The notes under the pieces were generated by a model, which saw only the letters and a program-made list of their open reading frames with translations, did no database searches and was not told where the DNA came from. From positions 1-15,376 of the forward strand of contig JBGSIV010000201.1 in assembly GCA_041742355.1 (NCBI GenBank): 15,376 nucleotides of DNA. The letters are read 5' to 3'. The translations under genes and the position numbers were made by a program. Below, piece after piece: positions 1-7,436 of this stretch (within the stretch, counting starts at the first letter, position 1; each line of letters opens with the position of its first letter). The DNA comes from Candidatus Zixiibacteriota bacterium. GTDB taxonomy: Bacteria > Zixibacteria > MSB-5A5 > GN15 > FEB-12.

Positions 1-1355
1 AGGTTCTCGTAGTAGGCCTCGGGGTTGTCCGGCAGGTTCTGCTGGGCGTTGCTCTGGTCGGTGTGGAATTCAGCGCCGGCCAGGTAGGAAAACGACAGCG
101 GCAGCGTCTGGCCCACCGAAATGTCAAAGGGGCCAAAGGACAGGAGGTAGCGGGTATCAAAGCCGTCGGCAATGTCACTGGCCAGGCTCGGCGGGGGAGC
201 CAGCCAGACCTCATCGCTGGAACCGATGCTGGCTGTGTAGATTTGGTCGTAGTCGAATTCCTGGTTCCGAAGCATATAGTACTTGTTTCGATCATTCGGG
301 GGCGTGCCAACACCACCGCTTCCAAAATCCCGGAACGGGTCACCCCCCAGAACAGGGCGTCCCCGCGGGCCGAAGTCCAGGGCCGGATCCATATTGGAAA
401 CCCACCAGTTGAAGCTGACGTTGAGCGTCTCGGCCGGGGTGCGGACAATACGGGTGGCGGTGACGTGGGGGGCTGGTCGAGCCTCGACCGCTCCACCCTC
501 GAAGTCACCGTCGTTGTCGGCGATCCAGGCGATGTACACTGTGTCCTCAAATATGCAGGGACCGTACTTGCGGTTCTGGACCGGCTTGAAGCCGCAGATA
601 TCGTCGTCGAAACCGCTGTTCCCGCAGTTAGAACAGACATCGGCATCGAGGTACACGCCCATGTAGACATTGCGCAGGCGCTGGTTGCCGATGTTGCGGA
701 TCTGGTAGTCGAAAAGGATAAGATCTTCAGCGTAGGAGTACGACCAGGAGTAGGAGTTCTGCGTCACCTGGATCCGGATCGGGAGGTGCTGCCTGCCGCC
801 GTCGCTGTCATCGCCGCCGGTGAGCGCGATGAAGGTGTCGGTGTAAACCGCAATGTAGTCCTGCTCAGAAACGGCTCTTTCGAATTCAGGAGCCGAAGGG
901 TCGATAATTGAGCGCTTCTGCATGCAGCCGAAAGGGGCCACATCTGGAAACATCTCGCGGACAATCCACCAGCCGTCACCGCCAACTGAAACAAGCGTGT
1001 CGCGGCCCACGACGGCGCCGACCCAGAATGAGCCCGAGAATACGTACTGCACGCCGGAGCCCTTGGGGTACTCGCCACCGCCGGCGGGAATGGCCCGACC
1101 GGTGAAGTAGTCGGACGTGGGGCCGATCGTGAAGCCAAGACCGAAGGTTCCATTATTGTTGACGGCCAGAACGAGCTGGCCAATATCGTGCATGGCCACA
1201 CCATTGCAGACTGTTTGCGCGGCCATCGGGTCATTTGCCCCACGGCCGGAAGACCCCAGGGGCATATAGCGGGCCAGGGCCGATCCGGAAAGGAGCAGCC
1301 CACACATGCCGAGAATCACGGCAACAAGAGCTCTTCGTGACATATACCTTCCCAT
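1..1355 (-). CDS. Large secreted protein, tandem paralog of 1627..4239 (N-terminal ~451 aa; 3' end lies beyond window start)
   Basis: Not in the ORF track because there is no stop in the window. Manual translation from ATG 1355: MGRYMSRRALVAVILGMCGLLLSGSALA...HDIGQLVLAVNNNGTFG...GEYPKGSGVQYVFSGSFWVGAVVGRDTLVS...NLPDNPEAYYEN, open to the window edge and collinear with 2894..4239. Signal-peptide-like N-terminus. Confidence 0.93.
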   Translation of the reverse strand, partial: MGRYMSRRALVAVILGMCGLLLSGSALARYMPLGSSGRGANDPMAAQTVCNGVAMHDIGQLVLAVNNNGTFGLGFTIGPTSDYFTGRAIPAGGGEYPKGSGVQYVFSGSFWVGAVVGRDTLVSVGGDGWWIVREMFPDVAPFGCMQKRSIIDPSAPEFERAVSEQDYIAVYTDTFIALTGGDDSDGGRQHLPIRIQVTQNSYSWSYSYAEDLILFDYQIRNIGNQRLRNVYMGVYLDADVCSNCGNSGFDDDICGFKPVQNRKYGPCIFEDTVYIAWIADNDGDFEGGAVEARPAPHVTATRIVRTPAETLNVSFNWWVSNMDPALDFGPRGRPVLGGDPFRDFGSGGVGTPPNDRNKYYMLRNQEFDYDQIYTASIGSSDEVWLAPPPSLASDIADGFDTRYLLSFGPFDISVGQTLPLSFSYLAGAEFHTDQSNAQQNLPDNPEAYYEN

Positions 1356-1383
1356 CGGACTAAACCGTTTTACCCAACTGACG
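1..1383. repeat. Copy A of a direct tandem gene duplication (copy B = 2894..4268)
   Basis: 1..150 matches 2894..3043 almost base for base; 1331..1359 is identical to 4215..4243; net 9-nt (3-codon) length difference across the coding parts. Confidence 0.95.
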
Positions 1384-1474
1384 AAGGATGCCTGCCGGGT
1401 GTTCAATCAAATCGCACAGCAGGAACGCGGCAGTTCGTGGACAACCTGATCTCCTGCCGTCTGGGACACCGCAA

Positions 1475-1503
1475 AGGATATGCATGAGAAGGTGGGCTGA
1501 CAA
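1475..1503 (-). promoter_or_regulatory. Putative sigma70-type promoter for paralog A
   Basis: Minus strand TTGTCA-N17-TATCCT, about 120 nt upstream of ATG 1355 and downstream of the terminator of paralog B. Confidence 0.5.
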
Positions 1504-1560
1504 GGACAATTTGACGGACACTTCTATCGAGGTGAAGGACCGACGATCAATGGGAAGAAG

Positions 1561-1598
1561 ACAAAAGAAGACCGGGATGACCGCAGGGCCATCCCGGT
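1561..1598 (-). terminator. Intrinsic terminator after 1627..4239
   Basis: Minus strand ACCGGGATGGCC-CTGC-GGTCATCCCGGT (12-bp stem, one G-U pair) followed by CTTCTTTTGT, about 30 nt after the TAG stop. Confidence 0.8.
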
Positions 1599-1626
1599 TC
1601 GGGAAATTCACGGTAGCGGCAGGCGG

Positions 1627-4239
1627 CTACATGATGATGGCGAGCTTGCCGATCTGGACATCGCCTTTGTCGTCCTCGACCGTCCAGTAGTACAGGCCCG
1701 AGACGACCATCTGCGTGTTGCGGGTGATCAGGTCCCAGCTGTTGTGGCAGCCGTTCTCGCAGCCGCCCGGGTTGTCGTGCTGGATCTCCTTGACCAGGTC
1801 GCCGTCCATCGTGTAGATGCGGATCGTCGCCTTGGCCGGCAGGTTGGCAAAGTGCACCTCACGCACCCGGTTGTCCGGACGGGTCACGTCGTCGCGCCCC
1901 TCAAAGCCGAGCTCGCGGTACGTGCCGTCGATGCGGTACGGGTTGGGGTAGACGAACACCTGCAGGTCCTGCGCTTCCACCTCGGCCAGCGACGGCTGCG
2001 GGTAAGCGCACTGCGCCCCCACGCTCACCGCCGTCTCCAGACTGGGCAGCCCCGAGGCCGGCGAACCGTAGTCGAAGGCCGTCACGTTGATGTAGTAGGG
2101 CACCGTCGGCAACAGGTCGTCGACCACGTACTGGTACTCAAAGTACTTCAGCCGTCCCGACGGCGTCAGCTCGCTCGGATCGGCCTCCGCCGGAATCAAG
2201 GTCGACGGGTACGGCGCATCGGGGTAGACCTTGCTGATCCCGTCGGCCAAAGTCAGGTCCGAGGCGTTGTAGTCCTGCATGGTGAAGTAGTACTGGATGT
2301 CGGCCTCTCCTTCGCTGACCACCCACGGCCGGGTGGGCGTCCAGTACAGGGGTTCGAACTCCGCCCCGTACAGGTCGCGCAGCTGCTCCAAAGTGAAGGG
2401 TGTCTCCGAGAGGTTCCACTCGGCCCTGACCGTATCCCAGCGGTAGCGGTTGTAGTCTTCCAGGTCGTACGAGGTCAGCAAAGAGTAGCTCGTGGAGCGG
2501 TTGTCCCGGCCGACGTAGACGCGGTAGCCTTCAAAGTCGACGGCGTTGGCGAAGTTGTCCTTGGTCGTCTCGGAGCGCAGCCCGTTGAAGACCACCTTGA
2601 TCTGGCCCAGGCTCGGGGCCAGTTCAAACTGCGGCGCCGGCGGCGGCGAGGCGCCCCGGAAGTCGGGAACGCCGTCCCCCTTGTACCAGACCGTGTCGAA
2701 GTCGTTCTCCTGCAGGAGACCCTTGTCACCCGGGCCGGCCGGCCAGCCGCCGGTATCGCAGACCACCTGGCCCAGGCTGTCGGTCCCGACGAGGCGGGCC
2801 CTGCCGCGGTAGCCGTCACCGTCGGTATCAACGCCCGGGTTGTCGTAGATCCAGTCCGCCCAGGTGGCGTTCAGGCCGAGATCGCTGAAATCGAGGTTCT
2901 CGTAGTAGGCCTCGGGGTTGTCCGGCAGGTTCTGCTGGGCGTTGCTCTGGTCGGTGTGGAATTCAGCGCCGGCCAGGTAGGAAAACGACAGCGGCAGCGT
3001 CTGGCCCACCGAGATGTCAAAGGGGCCAAAGGACAGGAGGTAGCGAGTATCGTAACCGTCGGCGAAGTCACTGGCCAGGCTCGGCGGGGGAGCCAGCCAG
3101 ACCTCATCGCTGGAACTGATGCTGGCCGTGTAGATTTGGTCGTAGTCGAATTCCTGGTTCCGAAGGGTGTAGTACCGGTTGCGGTCGCCAACCGGAGTAC
3201 CGGTGCCGCCGGTTCCAAAATCCCGGAACGGGTCACCCCCCAGGACAGGACGTTCCCGCGGGCCGAAGTCCAGCGCGGACGCGCCGTTTGAAATCCACCA
3301 GTTGAAACTGACGTTGAGCGTCTCGGCCGGGGTGCGGACAATACGGGTGGCAGTAACGTGGGGGGCCGGCTTGGCCTCGACCGCTCCGCCCTCGAAGTCG
3401 CCGTCGTTGTCGGCGATCCAGGCGATGTACACCGTGTCAGGGAAGATGCAGGGACCGTACTTGCGGTTCTGGACCGGCTTGAAGCCGCAGATATCGTCGT
3501 CGAAACCCTGGCCGTCCGTTCCGGTGACGTCAGCATCCACGTAAATGCCCATGTAGACATTGCGCAGGCGCTGGTTGCCAATATTGCGGATCTGGTAGTC
3601 GAAAAGGACAAGATCTTCGGCGTAGGAGTACGACCAGGAGTAGGAGTTCTGCGTCACTTCGATGTGAAGGGGGATATGCGGCCGGCCGCTTTCATCGGCA
3701 TCCGAGAGCGTGCGGAAGGTATCCGAGTAAACGGCAATGTAGTCCTGCTCGGAAATCGCACCGTCGTATTCAGGAGCAGAGGGGTCGATGATCGACCGCT
3801 TCTTCATGTCACCGAAGGGGGAGACATCGGGATACATCTCCTGGAGCCCCTCCCAGCCGTCGGCACCCTGTGAGACGAGGGTGTCGCGGCCCACGACAGC
3901 GCCGACCCAGAAGGACGCGGCAAACACGTACTGCACGCCGGAGCCCTTGGGGTACTCGCCACCGCCGGCGGGAATGGCCCGGCCGGTGAAGCAATCGGCT
4001 GGCGTTGCCTGGGTGAAGCCGGTCGCAAAAGTTCCGTTATTGTTCACAGCCAGAACGAGCTGGCCGACGTCGTGCATAGCCACACAATGGGCCACGTTCT
4101 GGGTGGCCATGGGGTCATTGGGGCCGCGATCGCCTGATCTGGACAGGGCATCCCGGCCAAGGACCGATCCCGAGAGAAGCAGGATGCAAACACTCAAGAT
4201 AGCAACAGCAAGAACTCTTCGTGACATATACCTTCCCAT
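1627..4239 (-). CDS. Large secreted/surface protein (870 aa) with acidic Ca-binding-like motifs, Fn3-like region and a C-terminal YPNP (T9SS-CTD/FlgD-Ig-like) domain; function unknown
   Basis: Signal peptide (MSRRVLAVAILSVCILLLSGSVLG); DNDGD, DTDGDG and GDGVPD motifs; FEGYRVY...YYINVTAFD; C-terminus VYPNPY...FANLP..ATIRIYTMDGDLVKEI...WDL...VVSGLYYW...GKLAIIM. Confidence 0.9.
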   Translation of the reverse strand: MGRYMSRRVLAVAILSVCILLLSGSVLGRDALSRSGDRGPNDPMATQNVAHCVAMHDVGQLVLAVNNNGTFATGFTQATPADCFTGRAIPAGGGEYPKGSGVQYVFAASFWVGAVVGRDTLVSQGADGWEGLQEMYPDVSPFGDMKKRSIIDPSAPEYDGAISEQDYIAVYSDTFRTLSDADESGRPHIPLHIEVTQNSYSWSYSYAEDLVLFDYQIRNIGNQRLRNVYMGIYVDADVTGTDGQGFDDDICGFKPVQNRKYGPCIFPDTVYIAWIADNDGDFEGGAVEAKPAPHVTATRIVRTPAETLNVSFNWWISNGASALDFGPRERPVLGGDPFRDFGTGGTGTPVGDRNRYYTLRNQEFDYDQIYTASISSSDEVWLAPPPSLASDFADGYDTRYLLSFGPFDISVGQTLPLSFSYLAGAEFHTDQSNAQQNLPDNPEAYYENLDFSDLGLNATWADWIYDNPGVDTDGDGYRGRARLVGTDSLGQVVCDTGGWPAGPGDKGLLQENDFDTVWYKGDGVPDFRGASPPPAPQFELAPSLGQIKVVFNGLRSETTKDNFANAVDFEGYRVYVGRDNRSTSYSLLTSYDLEDYNRYRWDTVRAEWNLSETPFTLEQLRDLYGAEFEPLYWTPTRPWVVSEGEADIQYYFTMQDYNASDLTLADGISKVYPDAPYPSTLIPAEADPSELTPSGRLKYFEYQYVVDDLLPTVPYYINVTAFDYGSPASGLPSLETAVSVGAQCAYPQPSLAEVEAQDLQVFVYPNPYRIDGTYRELGFEGRDDVTRPDNRVREVHFANLPAKATIRIYTMDGDLVKEIQHDNPGGCENGCHNSWDLITRNTQMVVSGLYYWTVEDDKGDVQIGKLAIIM

Positions 4240-4268
4240 CGGATTAAACCCTTTTTACCCAACAGACG
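2894..4268. repeat. Copy B of the tandem duplication (matches 1..1383)
   Basis: Direct comparison by eye, e.g. ATGCAGGGACCGTACTTGCGGTTCTGGACCGGCTTGAAGCCGCAGATATCGTCGTCGAAACC occurs in both copies. Confidence 0.95.
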
Positions 4269-4295
4269 CGTGGGGCCGGCTGGGCGTTTAACCGC

Positions 4296-4349
4296 ATTAT
4301 ATACATTGCCATTCCGGGTAAACTAAAAGAACTGCCGTGGATTTGGCAA
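4296..4349 (-). promoter_or_regulatory. Putative promoter region for 1627..4239
   Basis: AT-rich patch; perfect TATAAT on the minus strand at 4301..4296 (weak -35), and TTGCCA-N18-TAGTTT at 4349..4320. Confidence 0.45.
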
Positions 4350-4361
4350 GGAATTTCCTCG

Positions 4362-4384
4362 AAAAAAACCTCTGCGCAAGGCTT
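4362..4384 (-). terminator. Possible weak intrinsic terminator after the serpin
   Basis: Minus strand AAGCCTT-GCGCA-GAGGTTT followed by further Ts; the stem is short with G-U pairs. Confidence 0.35.
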
Positions 4385-4481
4385 GTCACCCCCGTCCGGC
4401 GGAGATAAGAAGTGCTTGCCGGTGGAAGACTTAAGAGAATCCGGCTATGCAAGTCCTTTGCTTCAGCTCCGAACTGCCGGT

Positions 4482-5723
4482 TCATTCGGCCATCGGATTG
4501 GATATGCGTCCCAGGAAAAGCAATGCTCCAGAGTGGGAATCCCTGACGGCAAAGAGGAAAGGGCGGTCTAAGCGGATCGTGAACTTCGCCGGCCCGACAG
4601 AGGTGATCCCTATGCCGACGCTGGTGGCGGCGGCCGCTTCAGTCCCCTTCTCATCGACTTTCATGTAGGTCTTGTGAAGAACTTCCGAGATGTGGAGGTC
4701 TTCGCGGTCGGCGAGACGGCTGAAATCGGCCCGCTCGGGGCTGAATGCGACTTCCATACCCAGGTTCGATAATATGGAATTGAGGCTGATCTGGAAGGCC
4801 AACTCAAATCTCGGGAGAAACACTGTGCCGGGTCTGGTTTGCAGAGACGAGATGAGTATGGCCCAGCGATCCGGGGTAAGGGCATGAGCCAGCGAATCGA
4901 CATCGGCCCGGTCGCGCGGCAGAATCGCCGTCAAACGATAGCGGCCACCGCCGTACGGCAGATCAACCGCTTGGTATTCACTATCTTCCACATACGGGAG
5001 GGATTCGTCCAGCGCCATCATGGGGATAGTAATGACACTGCCCCCGAGGGTTCGGAAGGTAGTGTCTGCCGTTCGGTCAGCATCAAATTCGGTTGTCCAA
5101 GTCCCGTTGAAATAGATGGCGTTGATCAGGTAAACCATCATCAACGGGTCGATCTGGTCTGGCACGATCTGCCTGATTTTGCCCCGGGTGGCATCGGAAA
5201 CCCACGAATTGATGGTTTCGGCCGGCTGCGGATCGGAGAAATCCAGATCAGCCAGGTGAGCCTGAAAGGCCTCGCGGGCGATCGCCGGAAAGGTAGGTCG
5301 CATGGCGAAACCGCTGCGGTACCAAAGGGAGTTGGCGATATTGACCTGCACGGCTGAGTCAGTACTGGAAAGGAGGGTCAGTAAGCCGGTGAAAGCCTGG
5401 TTGACGGCACTGTCGGCCATGGCAGGCAGGCTCAGGACCGAGTCGATGGCCAGTCGCGTGTCACCGGCGGCGCCGTTGTGCGCCATACCAAGGGCCATGG
5501 CGACTGAGAAAGGGGAGACAATCACGTTTTCCGTGGGGTGCTCCTCCAGCGCCCGGGCGAAGAGCTGCAGGCCGAAGGCTTGGATGCCCTCGATGAGTTG
5601 AACTTCGGCGCCGCTCAAAACGCGCGGAGGCTCCGGTTCGGGGGGCGGGGCAGACTCACTGTCGCCTGACAGCATCAAAGCGGCCATGGTTGCCGCTAAC
5701 TTCATATATGACCGAATTCGCAT
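4482..5723 (-). CDS. Serpin (serine protease inhibitor), secreted, inhibitory-type hinge
   Basis: NVIVSPFSVAMALGM, IANSLW, INSWVSDATRGKI, LINAIYFNGTW, LPRF, hinge VDEKGTEAAAAT, serpin signature LDRPFLFAVRD...LLFLGRISNP. Start moved from 5864 to ATG 5723 (AGGA 6 nt upstream; avoids overlap with the upstream gene); ATG 5705 is also possible. Confidence 0.96.
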   Translation of the reverse strand: MRIRSYMKLAATMAALMLSGDSESAPPPEPEPPRVLSGAEVQLIEGIQAFGLQLFARALEEHPTENVIVSPFSVAMALGMAHNGAAGDTRLAIDSVLSLPAMADSAVNQAFTGLLTLLSSTDSAVQVNIANSLWYRSGFAMRPTFPAIAREAFQAHLADLDFSDPQPAETINSWVSDATRGKIRQIVPDQIDPLMMVYLINAIYFNGTWTTEFDADRTADTTFRTLGGSVITIPMMALDESLPYVEDSEYQAVDLPYGGGRYRLTAILPRDRADVDSLAHALTPDRWAILISSLQTRPGTVFLPRFELAFQISLNSILSNLGMEVAFSPERADFSRLADREDLHISEVLHKTYMKVDEKGTEAAAATSVGIGITSVGPAKFTIRLDRPFLFAVRDSHSGALLFLGRISNPMAE

Positions 5724-5798
5724 GGCGCATCCTGTTTGGCACAGGGTTGTGGGGAGCATGATTCGGTAGTGTGGCGGCAAGTGGGTGGGACTGTCGGC

Positions 5799-5827
5799 AT
5801 GGTACGACGAAAACGCGGGCAAATCAA
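5799..5827 (-). promoter_or_regulatory. Putative sigma70-type promoter for the serpin
   Basis: Minus strand TTGATT-N17-TACCAT; the -35 overlaps the TGA of the SGNH gene. Confidence 0.45.
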
Positions 5828-7386
5828 GCGGGATCGGACAGGCGCTTCCAGGCCTCGGGCACAAAGGGGAACATTGCTTCGGCGAGGGCGCGGCCGATTA
5901 TCTGGTGCCCCAGTTCGGTCGGGTGGCAGTGATCGACAAAAAGCCGTTCAAACCCGGCCGCGCGGAAGTGGGCCCCGGGATCGACGACGGTGACGCCGGG
6001 GCGACCGGTCAAGGCGAGGATGGCCTCCACATAGGGACGTTTGATCCTCAACGACAGCCAGTCGTCCTGGAGAGCCGAATCAAGGCATGCGACAGCGAGC
6101 GCCGAACTCCCGTCGATGGAAGCGTCGTCCGCGTGGACAGCGTCAAGCGCGTTGATCCCCCGATTGTACAGGATGGCGGCCCCTTCCGCATGGCGGGCAT
6201 ACCCTCCTGGGGCACCGGCGGCGAGAGCGCGACGGGCCGCATCGAAGGCGCTGTCGGCGCCGTGGAAGTCGCCGACCCGCCAGAGCGATACACCGAGGTT
6301 GTTGCAGTTGACCGGGCGGGGATCCGCGGCTGCGATAGAGCGCCACCGGTCCGCTGCCAGATCCGGCGACAGGGTATCGGATACTGCGGAGCGGTAGACC
6401 AGGCGAGTGAACGGATCAATCTTCTCATACCTCAGGTTGAGGTGTGCTTCACTGAGGCAGTAGAACAGCTCCCGGTCGAGGATGGCTCGCAGAGGTTGTG
6501 GAAATATGAGTTCCCCGGCGTCGTCGATCACATGCCGCAGGGGTCGAAACTGGAGACTGGCGGGCCAAAGGCGGGGAACAGGCGGCACGACGACAAAGAG
6601 GCGTGCGCCGTGCGATGTGCACTCTTTGGCTATGCGTTCGAGATTCTCGGCGTACCGGGCGGGAGTCACCCGCGGAACGAGCGCCGTGCCGGAGCGCCAG
6701 GAGCTCTCCGTGGTTGTCGAGGCGAGGACATCGCGGAGCATGCGATAGAAAGCGGAACGATTGAGCGCATGGCGAAGCCCCGGGAGTTTCTGGGCTTGGA
6801 GCAACTCCCGGTCGGACCGGGAGCCGGAGATGGAGGCGTCGTTGTTCCCGCAGTAGAGGACGACGAAGTCGGGCTCCAAAAGGATTCCCTCGGTGTCGAG
6901 AAAGAGGGCGATCTGCTCGCTGGAGTACCCACTGACGGCGGCGTTGATAACCTCAGCCGTCTGGCCCGGCGCGAGGAAAGTTCCGAGTTGCCGTTTGAGG
7001 ACTTCGGGAAACGCGGCCGAACGGTCTCTCAATCCCAGGCCGACCGGTGATGAGTCTCCCAGCACCAGCACCCGCAGAGCATCAGGGTGCTTCCCCGGGG
7101 GGATTTCATCGGCAATGAGGCCGCGCGAATTAGTCTTAATGAGCGAGTTGTTGAGATTCGGACGGAAACGCCAGAGGAGATCGGGATCGGGCTCGTGCCA
7201 ATCAAAGGACGATCGGAAGAACGCGGTTTGCCAGCCCGCATCCGGTGTTGGTTCGTGGCGATCCCCTCCCGAACGCAGCAATAGCTGCGCCGCCCCTTCG
7301 AGCAGGGCAAAAACAACTGCCACGAGCATCATGGCGAAGAGGAGTTTCTTGCCCGTTGACAGGCAAGCACCCGTGGATCGCTCCAT
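5824..7386 (-). CDS. Membrane-anchored SGNH/GDSL-like hydrolase/acyltransferase with TPR-like insertion
   Basis: N-terminal TM helix; block I VLVLGDSS, block II INAAVSGYSS, block III YCGNND, block V FVDHCHP; TPR-like NNLGVSLWRVGDFHGADSAFDAA. Start set at ATG 7386 instead of 7413 because 7413 lies inside the predicted promoter spacer. Confidence 0.88.
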   Translation of the reverse strand: MERSTGACLSTGKKLLFAMMLVAVVFALLEGAAQLLLRSGGDRHEPTPDAGWQTAFFRSSFDWHEPDPDLLWRFRPNLNNSLIKTNSRGLIADEIPPGKHPDALRVLVLGDSSPVGLGLRDRSAAFPEVLKRQLGTFLAPGQTAEVINAAVSGYSSEQIALFLDTEGILLEPDFVVLYCGNNDASISGSRSDRELLQAQKLPGLRHALNRSAFYRMLRDVLASTTTESSWRSGTALVPRVTPARYAENLERIAKECTSHGARLFVVVPPVPRLWPASLQFRPLRHVIDDAGELIFPQPLRAILDRELFYCLSEAHLNLRYEKIDPFTRLVYRSAVSDTLSPDLAADRWRSIAAADPRPVNCNNLGVSLWRVGDFHGADSAFDAARRALAAGAPGGYARHAEGAAILYNRGINALDAVHADDASIDGSSALAVACLDSALQDDWLSLRIKRPYVEAILALTGRPGVTVVDPGAHFRAAGFERLFVDHCHPTELGHQIIGRALAEAMFPFVPEAWKRLSDPA

Positions 7387-7392
7387 GAAGCA

Positions 7393-7421
7393 ACGATAGA
7401 GGATAACCGCCATAAAGTCAA
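7393..7421 (-). promoter_or_regulatory. Putative sigma70-type promoter for the SGNH gene (leaderless geometry)
   Basis: Minus strand TTGACT-N17-TATCGT, then 6 nt, then ATG 7386. Confidence 0.6.
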
Positions 7422-7436
7422 ACGGAAGACTAAGTG

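Noticed and set aside
63..911. 282-aa plus-strand ORF and similar ORFs at 283..666 and 3179..3544
   Set aside because: Antisense shadows of the minus-strand paralogs; they recur only because the underlying genes are duplicated.
1360..1690. Small ORFs 1360..1611 (-) and 1388..1690 (+) in the inter-paralog gap
   Set aside because: They span a terminator and a promoter candidate, lack an SD and show no protein-like features.
1744..3291. 515-aa plus-strand ORF
   Set aside because: Antisense to the 870-aa gene; V/R/G-rich composition typical of GC-rich shadow frames, no motifs.
1..4239. Diversity-generating retroelement (TR/VR pair) as the explanation for the near-identical repeats
   Set aside because: Both copies are full coding genes over 1.3 kb; differences include indels and all base types rather than being adenine-specific; no reverse transcriptase in the window.
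5724..5864. N-terminal 47 aa of the 460-aa serpin ORF
   Set aside because: Overlaps the SGNH gene end and the predicted promoter; the signal peptide and SD point to a start at 5723 or 5705.
5785..7050. 421-aa plus-strand ORF
   Set aside because: Antisense to the SGNH hydrolase, which has all four catalytic blocks; no recognisable domain.
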